Shown here: in pieces, positions 29,229 to 38,815 of the stretch
Numbering within the stretch: the stretch's first letter is position 1
Layout of the letters: every line of letters starts with the position of its first letter
IMG/VR virus record: IMGVR_UViG_3300037247_001786
Location: 288,001 to 352,000 of that record
Length of the DNA stretch: 64,000 bases
Direction: 5' to 3' (one strand)
From: a virus
Taxonomy: Duplodnaviria > Caudoviricetes
Notes under the pieces: generated by a model
The model's database searches: none
What the model was told of the DNA's origin: nothing
What the model saw: only the letters and a program-made list of their open reading frames with translations
Made by a program: the position numbers and the translations under genes

Positions 29229-30193
29229 TGGCATGTTTCCGTTACCCAGGTGGTAAAGCAAAAGTTAAGAAAGAAATAATAGGTAGAATAGGGCGTTATT
29301 ACGATGATAATAAGTGTTACGATACTTGCCAATATGTAGAGCCCTTTTTTGGGGCTGGAGCTATAGGTATGCAGTTTATATCTTCTAGCAATATAAAAAG
29401 TGTTATGATATGTGATGCAGATCCAGCTATATCTGCTTTTTGGAACGCGGTGATTTCCGCTCCTAGTTTTCTCTGCCGAATGGTAGAGGAGTTCGAACCC
29501 TCAGTAGAGGCTTTTTTTAGATTTAAGGAACTATTAACTTCCGACGAGATGCGTACTCTCACTTTTGATTCTTCATGGAGATTTGTAGAAGTTGGTTTTG
29601 CTAAGTTAGCTTTGCATCAAATTTCATATTCGGGATTAGGGACAATGTCAGGTGGACCATTGGGAGGAGTAAATCAGGAATCCGAATATAAGATAGATTG
29701 TCGTTGGAATCCTGATAACATCAAGAAGAATATAAAAGAAGCCCATAAAGTTCTAAGTTCTGTAGATGTCTACAGGGGAGATTGTATGGAGATAGATTTC
29801 TCTTGTGCTATCGACTTACAGAAGGAATTGAGGGATTGGAAGGAGATGGGAGTGGAACCCGAATATGAGATAGAAGAACTTGATTCTAGGTTCTTCTATC
29901 TCGACCCTCCTTACTACGAAAAAGGTGGGGAGTTGTATCAATATAGTTTTAATGAAGAAGATCATAAAAGATTAATGAACATGCTAAAAGAGACAAAGCA
30001 TCCTTGGTTATTATCCTATGACAGTGCGGAGGAGATAAGGGAGCTATACGATTGGGCTTGTATCTCTGAACTGTCATTGACCTATACGATTAATGCTAAG
30101 GATAAGGGGCGGCAAAAGAAAGAATTTCTTATTGCTCCCCCAGAATATAGTTATCTGTTAGATGACTTGTACGAAAATGATATTTTTAATTAG
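29228..30193 (+). CDS. DNA adenine methyltransferase (D12/Dam-like, alpha class)
   Basis: RYPGGKA, YVEPFFGAG, YLDPPYY. Confidence 0.92.
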   Translation: MACFRYPGGKAKVKKEIIGRIGRYYDDNKCYDTCQYVEPFFGAGAIGMQFISSSNIKSVMICDADPAISAFWNAVISAPSFLCRMVEEFEPSVEAFFRFKELLTSDEMRTLTFDSSWRFVEVGFAKLALHQISYSGLGTMSGGPLGGVNQESEYKIDCRWNPDNIKKNIKEAHKVLSSVDVYRGDCMEIDFSCAIDLQKELRDWKEMGVEPEYEIEELDSRFFYLDPPYYEKGGELYQYSFNEEDHKRLMNMLKETKHPWLLSYDSAEEIRELYDWACISELSLTYTINAKDKGRQKKEFLIAPPEYSYLLDDLYENDIFN

Positions 30194-30202
30194 AGGAAAA
30201 AA

Positions 30203-30544
30203 ATGAGTATTAGAGTTTTAAAATTGAAGAGTGGAGAAGAAGTAATTGCCGATTTAACTGGAGAGTCTGAAGTCGGGGGAAAATCTGTTTTACAAGAAGA
30301 GTTAATTCTTGGGAATCCCCTATCTATTCATATGATGCTGCAAGAAGATGGTATAGAAATACAGTTGCTGCCATACGCCATTTATGCCAAAAATCATAAA
30401 AACATTGTTATAAAAAAAGAGAATGTTATGTTTTGCGTAGAACCCTCTATAAGGGTTAGAAATCAATACGCAGTGATGGTGGGTATACCCGTTATTCCTG
30501 ATGATACAATTATAATTCCTGATGATACGATTATAGGTTCTTAA
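30203..30544 (+). CDS. Sm-like-fold phage protein
   Basis: VLKLKSGEEVIA N-terminus seen in T4-like phage hypotheticals. Confidence 0.5.
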   Translation: MSIRVLKLKSGEEVIADLTGESEVGGKSVLQEELILGNPLSIHMMLQEDGIEIQLLPYAIYAKNHKNIVIKKENVMFCVEPSIRVRNQYAVMVGIPVIPDDTIIIPDDTIIGS

Positions 30545-30937
30545 TGAAAATATGGAAATATATTAAATTATGTTTTAATTACTTTAGGATCCCTAAAGGT
30601 GACTACTGTTCACAATTTAAAAGAAGAGTGGATGAGCCTGATGGTAGTTTTTATCATGAGATGAGACGATGTCCTTACTGGGATAAAATTGAAGGTAGGC
30701 ATCATCAAGAAGATGGGTATTGCCACTGGTTAGAGTGGGGAGACTATGATAAAAATAATGATGAAACTATTATTCTTGAGCAGACAGATGTTAAATCAGG
30801 TGTAACAAAAAAAATTACTGCTCCAGAATTACCTTTCGGTATCAGTCTTTTATGGGATGGAGTTAAAGAGTGTGGGTTAAGAAGATACACAGAAAGGGAT
30901 GAAAAAAAAATGTTAAAAGCTGCGAGGAGAACTAAAA

Positions 30938-31909
30938 ATGAGTATCATAAAAGATACATGGGAAATAGTTGATCAGTTTACAAAAGATCCTTCTTACGTT
31001 ACTATCAATAAAGAAGCTATTTCGGTTTTGTCTAAAAACATAAAAGAATATCTCCCTGCCGCGAAAGATTTTTTTATAGGTGAGCCAAGATGGATGAAAG
31101 ATATTAAATGGGATAGTTCTGCTTATAATAAAGTATATGAACTTGTCGCTTATGAATTAATATTTGATTCGGTTAACTATAATTATTGGTATGGTAAGGG
31201 GACAGTTCGACCTAATGGATCCTCTTCATATGAGATGTCTAAATTATTGGATGAATCTTTTATCGAGGCTCACTCTTTTGTAGATGCTCATGCCTTTCTC
31301 ATGGGAGAATCTACTGGACCTTCGAAAGAAATATGTTTCATAGCTGTTACTGTATTTCGTAAAAAATTAAAAAAGAATCGCTATCCTAATATCGAAAATA
31401 GGATTAAGCATCTTGCTGAAGTGCAAACAACTTTTAGTAAGGAGTTCGATTCTATTACTTGGATAGAAGAGTTAATAGAAAAAGTATTAAATGGCAAAGA
31501 GAGTATAGAAGAAACTTTAGAAATTATAACTAATCGTTACACTGGATATTCTTCTGATATGTTTTTAAAAAGAGCCTTTCTCTTTATTATTGAAATGAAT
31601 AGGAGAGTGGGTTGGTATAAGGATGAGATACATTTAGTCCCTATTCCTGCGGACTATCATATACCCAAGATGCTCGATTATCATGGGGTTTTAGATTATG
31701 CTGGTATCTTGCAGAGCAAAATCTTTAATAGAGAACTAATATCATCTGGTTCTTTACAAGAGTGCGAGATAAGGGCTTCTTCTATGAAGGCTTGTCAATT
31801 AATTGCTAAAAAAGCAAAAGTTACGATGGCTGACGTAGATACTTATTTATTTGCAAATAGGAACGTTTGCACTTGTCCTTTTCATCTAACGATAACAACG
31901 GACTATTAA
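30938..31909 (+). CDS. Queuosine-salvage N-glycosylase (QNG1/DUF2419-like)
   Basis: DSVNYNYW, LKRA, ADYHIPKML, EIRA, D.YLF, C-terminal PFHLTITTDY. Confidence 0.82.
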   Translation: MSIIKDTWEIVDQFTKDPSYVTINKEAISVLSKNIKEYLPAAKDFFIGEPRWMKDIKWDSSAYNKVYELVAYELIFDSVNYNYWYGKGTVRPNGSSSYEMSKLLDESFIEAHSFVDAHAFLMGESTGPSKEICFIAVTVFRKKLKKNRYPNIENRIKHLAEVQTTFSKEFDSITWIEELIEKVLNGKESIEETLEIITNRYTGYSSDMFLKRAFLFIIEMNRRVGWYKDEIHLVPIPADYHIPKMLDYHGVLDYAGILQSKIFNRELISSGSLQECEIRASSMKACQLIAKKAKVTMADVDTYLFANRNVCTCPFHLTITTDY

Positions 31910-32526
31910 GGGGATGCTACAGGCTTTACAATAAGATAATATTTAAATCCTATTCTACCTATAGTTATTGGTACTCCACCAAGACTTATATATTTAAGGT
32001 CTACTGACCCGGTATTAGGATCATCTTGAACTTCATCGAAAGTAAAACCAGAATCATTAAATATTAGCTCATCCGATATCCCTGTCGCTTGAGGTGTTCC
32101 TTGAAAAGTTATCTTATTTTTAGGTTCAGATGTCGTTCCAATATCAATAACATTAAGGTAGTACAATGAATTAATAACACTTATTTCTATTTTATTCCCG
32201 TTCCAGGTCGCATGTTGTGCGATTCCAGATTGGTCTAAGGAAGAAGTATCGTCGGGTGAGTTAGTGTTTTCTATGATATCGATAGCAAAGAAATTACCTA
32301 CTACATCTCCAGTTGCGTCATCTACTGTTGGGTCATAGAATTGAGTTACAGAAATAGGCATACCTCCCCAGTTAAGAGTGGGGGTTTGGGGATCATTCTC
32401 TATTGCTTGTGAGGGGTCTGCGTATGAACATAAAAGTGTATTTGGTGTACTGAATTCAGAATATCCATCTGGATAGGAAACGCTCAATACTGATGTTCCT
32501 ATTGTTATTGTTCTAGTTTGACTCAT
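31906..32526 (-). CDS. Hypothetical protein; the only convincing minus-strand gene
   Basis: 206-aa ORF with GGAG RBS, Thr/Ser/Asp/Ile-rich; fills a gap with no plus-strand ORF. Confidence 0.75.
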   Translation of the reverse strand: MSQTRTITIGTSVLSVSYPDGYSEFSTPNTLLCSYADPSQAIENDPQTPTLNWGGMPISVTQFYDPTVDDATGDVVGNFFAIDIIENTNSPDDTSSLDQSGIAQHATWNGNKIEISVINSLYYLNVIDIGTTSEPKNKITFQGTPQATGISDELIFNDSGFTFDEVQDDPNTGSVDLKYISLGGVPITIGRIGFKYYLIVKPVASP

Positions 32527-32665
32527 TTATATTATCTCCAATTATGAGGTATATATATATTATTCGACAAAATGAATAAAAATCCTACATCTCAATATTT
32601 AGATTAGAAAAGTGAAAGAGATGATAGTATAATTCGTTCTAATATTAAAATAAAGGAAATAAAAT

Positions 32666-34192
32666 ATGAATGGAGATGGATGTACCAAACCAGCAAAAGG
32701 GGGAAGTAACCTTACCTCAACAATAACAGAGCCATATCGACGAGCTGATATAGTTGTTTCAGCCGAAGATCGAATGTACGAACGTGATGAGTGCAAAAAC
32801 GAGTGTACTCCGGCACCTCTAGGTTGCGGAGAAGATAGTCTAGGAAGAAAAATTGAAGGAAAAGAGATAGATATTTCCACGGTGAATTTTGCTAATGAGA
32901 TCAAAGTAGACTTTATCCCTTCTATTGATTATAGAATAATGTGCCGTTTTCTGGGGCTTTCTGTTGTCACTGAAGTTAAAAATCATCCTTATTCTGAGTG
33001 TCCTCTCATTACGTTAATGTTGATGGAAAATTTGATAGATTTTATGAAAAAAGAGGGCTATGCTTTTGCCGGAGAATTAAATTTTGATAGAAGTGGGCAG
33101 TCAGTTCCAGTTGATAAAACGGTTTGGAAGATTAAGAATAAAGAGATATCTTTCACTTCAACAGGATTCATGTATTTCGAGAACATCAAAAAGAAAGACA
33201 AACAGAGTAATTTGATTTTTTACTTGTCAACGATATTGGATCATGGATCAGCATCGATAACTTGCTTTACCAATGATGAAAAAAAATCTGAACGAGTGAT
33301 TAAAGACCTAGAGGCTTATTCTAAGGACTATAATTGTTTAAGAGGAGCTAAGATTAGAGATATTAATATGTATGGAGCTAGTTTCTCAGAAGTCGCCTAT
33401 AGAGAGGAATGCACTTGGGATAACTACTATTACACTGATGATGTTAAAGATATTTTTGAATTAGAAGTATTCGGATTTCTTAAAAATGTAAAACAATATA
33501 ATCTTCATGGCATAACTAAAAGAGGCTTGATAATTTACGGTCCTCCAGGAACAGGTAAAACTACTATCGGACATATTCTATGTAACAATCTCCCAGATCA
33601 TACTGTTATATGGATAACTCCAGAAATTATACAGGAGAATCAACATCACTCTTATTCCTCTATTAAGTTGTTGTATAAGCTTGCAGATTTTGTTTCGCCA
33701 TCAGTTATTATATTAGAAGACTTAGATCTATTTAGTAATGACAGAGAGAGGGGAGGGGACATGTTAGGATTGGGATCTCTTATGAATGTTTTAGATGGCG
33801 TTAACTCAATATACAATGCCGTTACTCTCGGAACGACTAATAGGTTAGAAACTATTGAAAAAGCTCTCACAAACCGTCCTGGGCGTTTTGATAGGATAGT
33901 AGAGATATCTCCCCTCGACGATGATTTGAGAAGAAGGATGTTCGAAAATAGATTAGAGGAATGGGAATATGAGGATGAGGTACTTGAACATCTTATTGCA
34001 AAAACTGGGGAATGGACTGGGGCAGAGTCTCAAGAGTTTATAAATACACTTAATCTTAAATTAATCAGTTCTGATAATGAAGATAAGAAAATAGATATTG
34101 AACTGGTAAACGAAATCATCGAGATAATGCAAAAATTTGGCGTTGGAGAGAGTTCAGGAAAAGTGCTTGGTTTCGGTCAAAGAGATAAGTAG
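32666..34192 (+). CDS. AAA+ ATPase
   Basis: GPPGTGKT, ILEDLD, TTNR, RPGRFD. Confidence 0.9.
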   Translation: MNGDGCTKPAKGGSNLTSTITEPYRRADIVVSAEDRMYERDECKNECTPAPLGCGEDSLGRKIEGKEIDISTVNFANEIKVDFIPSIDYRIMCRFLGLSVVTEVKNHPYSECPLITLMLMENLIDFMKKEGYAFAGELNFDRSGQSVPVDKTVWKIKNKEISFTSTGFMYFENIKKKDKQSNLIFYLSTILDHGSASITCFTNDEKKSERVIKDLEAYSKDYNCLRGAKIRDINMYGASFSEVAYREECTWDNYYYTDDVKDIFELEVFGFLKNVKQYNLHGITKRGLIIYGPPGTGKTTIGHILCNNLPDHTVIWITPEIIQENQHHSYSSIKLLYKLADFVSPSVIILEDLDLFSNDRERGGDMLGLGSLMNVLDGVNSIYNAVTLGTTNRLETIEKALTNRPGRFDRIVEISPLDDDLRRRMFENRLEEWEYEDEVLEHLIAKTGEWTGAESQEFINTLNLKLISSDNEDKKIDIELVNEIIEIMQKFGVGESSGKVLGFGQRDK

Positions 34193-34231
34193 TTTATGTA
34201 TAACGAGTTATGAAAAATAGATATTTTTTTC

Positions 34232-34260
34232 TTGACAAAGACTTGGATTTATGGTAGATT
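34232..34260 (+). promoter_or_regulatory. Sigma70-like promoter
   Basis: TTGACA-17nt-TAGATT with TGn. Confidence 0.55.
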
Positions 34261-34293
34261 ATAAATAATTAAGTAAGAAAATAATAAAATAAA

Positions 34294-34989
34294 GTGATTT
34301 TTAGCGTTGATTTTGCCGATAGGTATGTAGCTAATAAGATATCAGTACTTAATGATTCGAAAGGAATCCTCATGAACGTCATGAAAACAAGAACCCGAAA
34401 AACAGATAGAAGTAAATTTTTCGATATTTTACTTGGGAATAAAGTGTTGAACGCTATGCCTATAAAGAGACAAAGGTTTATGATGAAAAAGATTATGGAT
34501 GATCTGGATAAAGATGGAACATTAGACCCTATTAACTACGATGATGAGATGGATACAATAGACGATGCTTTAAGCGAAATAGAGTTTGATACAACAAAGA
34601 CTCCAAAGGAAAAAGCTCTTGCAATAGAATTTTTGACCAAGACCAAAGAAGAAGAAGAGCAAGAGTTTTCCAATGTTATTTCTTTGCAAAGTTTAGAAAG
34701 AATTAGAAAAAAAAGAATAGAAATGTCTGAAGATATTGATACTGAAATTATTTTGACTCCAGAAGATACGGATCCAGTAAGTGATACTGATATGCCTAAT
34801 TCATATGGTAGAAGCTCTCTTCATGAGGCTATCGGCATGAGAAATCTTGAAATGATACAAGAATACGTTAAGGAAAAGAGATATTTAGATGTGATAGACA
34901 ACAACGGAAATACTCCGTATCAAATGGCTTATCAAGAAGGTTATGAAGAAGCAATTAAAATATTTGTGACAGCGGGCGTCGCTGTTTAA
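34294..34989 (+). CDS. Protein with C-terminal ankyrin repeats
   Basis: YGRSSLHEA...NLEMIQEYV and DNNGNTPYQMA...EAIKIF. Confidence 0.75.
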   Translation: MIFSVDFADRYVANKISVLNDSKGILMNVMKTRTRKTDRSKFFDILLGNKVLNAMPIKRQRFMMKKIMDDLDKDGTLDPINYDDEMDTIDDALSEIEFDTTKTPKEKALAIEFLTKTKEEEEQEFSNVISLQSLERIRKKRIEMSEDIDTEIILTPEDTDPVSDTDMPNSYGRSSLHEAIGMRNLEMIQEYVKEKRYLDVIDNNGNTPYQMAYQEGYEEAIKIFVTAGVAV

Positions 34990-35379
34990 ATAGAATATTA
35001 TTAGATTTATTGGAGATGTATTAAAATGTTTATTAATCATTCAGATGGAAGAAGTTTTAAGGTAACGTTCTCAAGCCACTTTGTTAAAAATAGTGTGGGT
35101 AGGGAAGTTCGAGAGACGACTTGTAAGTTTGCTACTGTTGACGATGCAAAAACGGGTCGTGATAAATATGAGACGGTTGCTACTGGAGTGGCTCGTCAGA
35201 ATAGTAAGGACAGGGATAGCCGCTCTGTCGGACAGAGAGTAGCTCTTGGTCGTGCTATTCAAGGCTTTCCTAAAAATGAAAGAGCGTCTTTATGGCTACA
35301 GTATGACCCGAATATGCAAATTGATAGAGAGGCGGTTGTCTCTGCATAAGTAAGACGGAAAAATATAGGTTTATATTTA

Positions 35380-35412
35380 AGGGAGTCCGTCACTGGCGGA
35401 TTCCCTTTTTTT
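35380..35412 (+). terminator. Intrinsic terminator
   Basis: GGGAGTCCG-loop-CGGATTCCC followed by 8 T. Confidence 0.85.
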
Positions 35413-35422
35413 TGGTGATATT

Positions 35423-36655
35423 ATGAAAGATTTAGTTAAGACAATTAAAAAAATAAGCAAGAGACACCCAGGATATCTAGGAGATTTTTTGCCTATAAGA
35501 TTATTGAAGTATAATTTCTTGAAGAGAGGTTTAGATAGAGAAGTTAAAGCTGACATGGTGAATGTACAGTCTCATCCACAGTTTCCTCATCTAAAAATAT
35601 ACAAGTACTCTCAAGACGCAGTTTGCGAAAGAAATTGGAACGAGATAACTCTTATAGCTAGAGGTCTGATAGTAGATACAGAAGCTAAAAAAGTTATAGC
35701 TACTCCTTTTGTAAAATTCTTTAATTATTCAGAGTTGATACCTATCGCTGAAATAATGGAAAAAGAATTTGTTGCTTTAGAGAAACTTGACGGATCAATG
35801 GGTATATGCTTCTTTTACGAGAACAAATGGAGAATAGCTACTTGCGGTTCTTTTGCTTCTGAGCAGTCTCAGTGGGCTAATAAATATTTTGCAAAGTATA
35901 TACAAGATAGGCATCTTGAAGAAGATACTACATACTTATTAGAAATAATATACCCAGAGAATAAGATAGTTGTTCCTTACTCAAAAGAAACTTTATGTTT
36001 GTTATCAGCTTACAGAAAAGGTTACGAGTTAGAGAAAAAAGAGTTAGATATAGTGGCTTTTAAATCTGGATTTTCTGTTCCAGAAACTTATGACTTTAAT
36101 AAATTGGATAAGATATTACACGAAGCATCTATCATAGATCATACTCAAGAAGGTTTTGTAGTTAGGTTTAAGTCTGGTGTTAGAGTTAAGATAAAAGGTG
36201 ACGAATATTGTCGTATCCATAAGTTGATATCTAGAGTAACTCCTATTGCCGTATGGGAGATGTTGGTAAGCGGCGATGATATGGAATCTGTGAAAAAAGA
36301 TCTTCCAGAAGAGATGGAGTTCGACTACGATAACATAGTTTCTATCTTAAGAGCTATGTTGCAAGAAACTCTTGACGGTATAGATCATGCTTACGAAGCG
36401 ACAAAACACTTGTCTGATAAAGAACTTGGTTTGGACTTGTCTAACAAAGAATCAGAGTATCTTAAAGACGAGATAGTGAAACAATTTAAGTCTTATATTT
36501 TTCCTAGGAGAAAAAACACATTTGAGGAGCAGTTCAATGATGTTGATTCTTTGATGAGAAGGAAGATATTTAAGTTGTTTAGACCTAAGAGCAACTTTTT
36601 AGAAGGGTACGTTCCTTCTTCTGCTATGAACAGGTTTCAAGACGGAGTGAATTAA
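35423..36655 (+). CDS. RNA ligase (T4 Rnl1/RnlA-like)
   Basis: ARGLIVD, PFVKFFNY, EKLDGSM, LEII, EGFVV, VKIKGDEY. Confidence 0.88.
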   Translation: MKDLVKTIKKISKRHPGYLGDFLPIRLLKYNFLKRGLDREVKADMVNVQSHPQFPHLKIYKYSQDAVCERNWNEITLIARGLIVDTEAKKVIATPFVKFFNYSELIPIAEIMEKEFVALEKLDGSMGICFFYENKWRIATCGSFASEQSQWANKYFAKYIQDRHLEEDTTYLLEIIYPENKIVVPYSKETLCLLSAYRKGYELEKKELDIVAFKSGFSVPETYDFNKLDKILHEASIIDHTQEGFVVRFKSGVRVKIKGDEYCRIHKLISRVTPIAVWEMLVSGDDMESVKKDLPEEMEFDYDNIVSILRAMLQETLDGIDHAYEATKHLSDKELGLDLSNKESEYLKDEIVKQFKSYIFPRRKNTFEEQFNDVDSLMRRKIFKLFRPKSNFLEGYVPSSAMNRFQDGVN

Positions 36656-36694
36656 TCACTGTCAAGTATCTACATTTTCTACTTGACAGTGATT
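36654..36694 (+). repeat. Perfect 15-bp inverted repeat (terminator-like) overlapping a promoter
   Basis: AATCACTGTCAAGTA (36654-36668) / TACTTGACAGTGATT (36680-36694), then CTCTTTT. Confidence 0.8.
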
Positions 36695-36711
36695 CTCTTT
36701 TATGCTATAAT
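36683..36711 (+). promoter_or_regulatory. Consensus sigma70 promoter
   Basis: TTGACA-17nt-TATAAT with TGn. Confidence 0.85.
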
Positions 36712-37489
36712 GCCTCTTATCGTATTATTTACAACTAGAGGAATTTATAAATGGAAAAAAAGTATGTATTGCTAGCATGTCCCATATTAAAAGATGGTAA
36801 AGATATAATAGGAAACCCTTTTGTATCTGGTGAGTTTATTCAATCTAAAGTTTTTGTTCGAGATGGAAATATCGATACTGGTTTGAGAGGTTTCTTATGG
36901 GGAAAATGTCCTAGATTTCGTCATAAAAATATTTTAAAATTTGACTGGGCGGTAGTGAAAACAGAAGTAAACGAAAATTTACTTTTGTTAGATAATGTCA
37001 CTAACGAGACCAAATTTAAAAGGGGGATAATACTTTATATCGGAAAGATACAAAGTTGTGCAGATTTCATCTTAAATATTAAAGATGATGAACAGCAGTA
37101 TTTTCTTGATGAAATAAAATCTTTAACATTAGAACAAATACTTGGAACAGAAGAATGGAAAAGGAAACAAGAAAAATGGTAAAACCAATTACGCCAGAAG
37201 AAATTACGACTACAAAAGAAGATCTTATTCCAGATGAAGTTATAGAATCATTTAACGAAATGATTGTTGCGAAATGGAATGGAACAGAATCTTTTTTCAG
37301 GCTAAAAGAGATAACTACTGTAGCCAAGAGAAAATTAAATCTGCGAAAACCAAAAAAAGAATTCGATAGTAAATGGTTAGATGTAGAAGACATTTATCGA
37401 AGATTAGGTTGGAACGTAGTATATATGTCTCCCGACTGGGGCGAAGATTATGATGCTTATTTTACATTTAGCAAAAAGGATAAAAAATA

Positions 37490-38167
37490 ATGTTCCTGAT
37501 CGGCGACGTTCATGGCGAGTGGAAAACTTATAGACATATCATAGAAAAGATGCAACTTAAGGGTGGCAGAAAAGGTATGGACTGCTCTCTCGTTCTAGGC
37601 GATATGGGTATAGGTTTTGAAGATTTCTCAAATGATAGCATTAGAGATAGAAGTTTCATAAAAGATATCCCTCTTCAACATAAATTCATAGTGGGGAACC
37701 ACGACGATCGTGATTTAGCAAATACTCATCCTAATTGTTTGGGAGATTTTGGATATCATGAAAAGAGTGAACTGTTTTATGTGTCAGGTGGTTTTTCAAT
37801 TGATTATGAATGGAGAGAAAAAGATATTACTTGGTGGGAGAACGAAGAGCTTTCTGCCAAGCAAATAGATGAGGCTCTTGAGTTGTACTCGAAAGTTAAG
37901 CCAAAAATAATAGTGGCTCATGAGTGTCCTACAGAGGTGAAATATTTTGTTATTACTAATCCTCTAAAAAGAGAGATTAAATCAAGGACGGAGAAGATGC
38001 TTCAAAAGATGATAGAAATTCATCGTCCAGATTATTTTATTTTTGGGCATCATCACCAAAGAGAAGAAACTAATATAGATGGAACTCAATATATCTGTTT
38101 GGGAACTTTAAGTTACGATGGATACTCACAATGTATCTTTGAGATACCAGGAATAACATGGGAATAA
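37490..38167 (+). CDS. Calcineurin-like metallophosphoesterase
   Basis: GDVHG, GD, GNHD, HE, FGHHH. Confidence 0.88.
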   Translation: MFLIGDVHGEWKTYRHIIEKMQLKGGRKGMDCSLVLGDMGIGFEDFSNDSIRDRSFIKDIPLQHKFIVGNHDDRDLANTHPNCLGDFGYHEKSELFYVSGGFSIDYEWREKDITWWENEELSAKQIDEALELYSKVKPKIIVAHECPTEVKYFVITNPLKREIKSRTEKMLQKMIEIHRPDYFIFGHHHQREETNIDGTQYICLGTLSYDGYSQCIFEIPGITWE

Positions 38168-38814
38168 AAAAGAAAATAATTTATTGCATAAGTGATATGC
38201 ATGGTTGCATCTCGGAACTAACTATTCCTGAGTGTGATATATTGCTGATAGCGGGAGATGTATCTCGTTATGGTAGGCAACTCTATAAAGACGCGAATTG
38301 GCTGGAAGACCACTTTAATAAGTGGCTTGGAGAGCAACCCGCTAAACATATTGTTATGACTCCTGGTAATCATGATATTATTTTTGAGAAGATGCCAGGA
38401 CTAATTCCTAAAATAAATTGTCATGTTCTTATAGATGAAATGATAGAGATTGAAGGGATAAAGATATATGGATCTCCTTGGACTATCGAATTTTATCATT
38501 GGGCTTTTAATCTGAAAGAAGAAAATCTTAAAATGGTTTGGGACCAGATACCAGATGATACCGATATATTGCTTGTTCATTCTCCTCCTTATTGCATCTT
38601 TGACATGACTAACTCACCAGGATATCCTAGAAAAAGAATAGGTAGTAAGAGTCTTAAAAAGAGGATAGAAGAGGTGCGTCCTAAATATGTTATCTTTGGG
38701 CATAATCATGGAGAAGTAGGCGTAAAGGAAGAAAAGGGCATTACTTATATTAATGCTTCTCTCCTTGACGACTTATATATGATGGTTAATTCTCCCATTT
38801 TAATAGAGATATAA
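38158..38814 (+). CDS. Calcineurin-like metallophosphoesterase
   Basis: SDMHG, AGD, GNHD, HSPP, FGHNH. Confidence 0.88.
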   Translation: MGIKKKIIYCISDMHGCISELTIPECDILLIAGDVSRYGRQLYKDANWLEDHFNKWLGEQPAKHIVMTPGNHDIIFEKMPGLIPKINCHVLIDEMIEIEGIKIYGSPWTIEFYHWAFNLKEENLKMVWDQIPDDTDILLVHSPPYCIFDMTNSPGYPRKRIGSKSLKKRIEEVRPKYVIFGHNHGEVGVKEEKGITYINASLLDDLYMMVNSPILIEI

Positions 38815-38815
38815 T

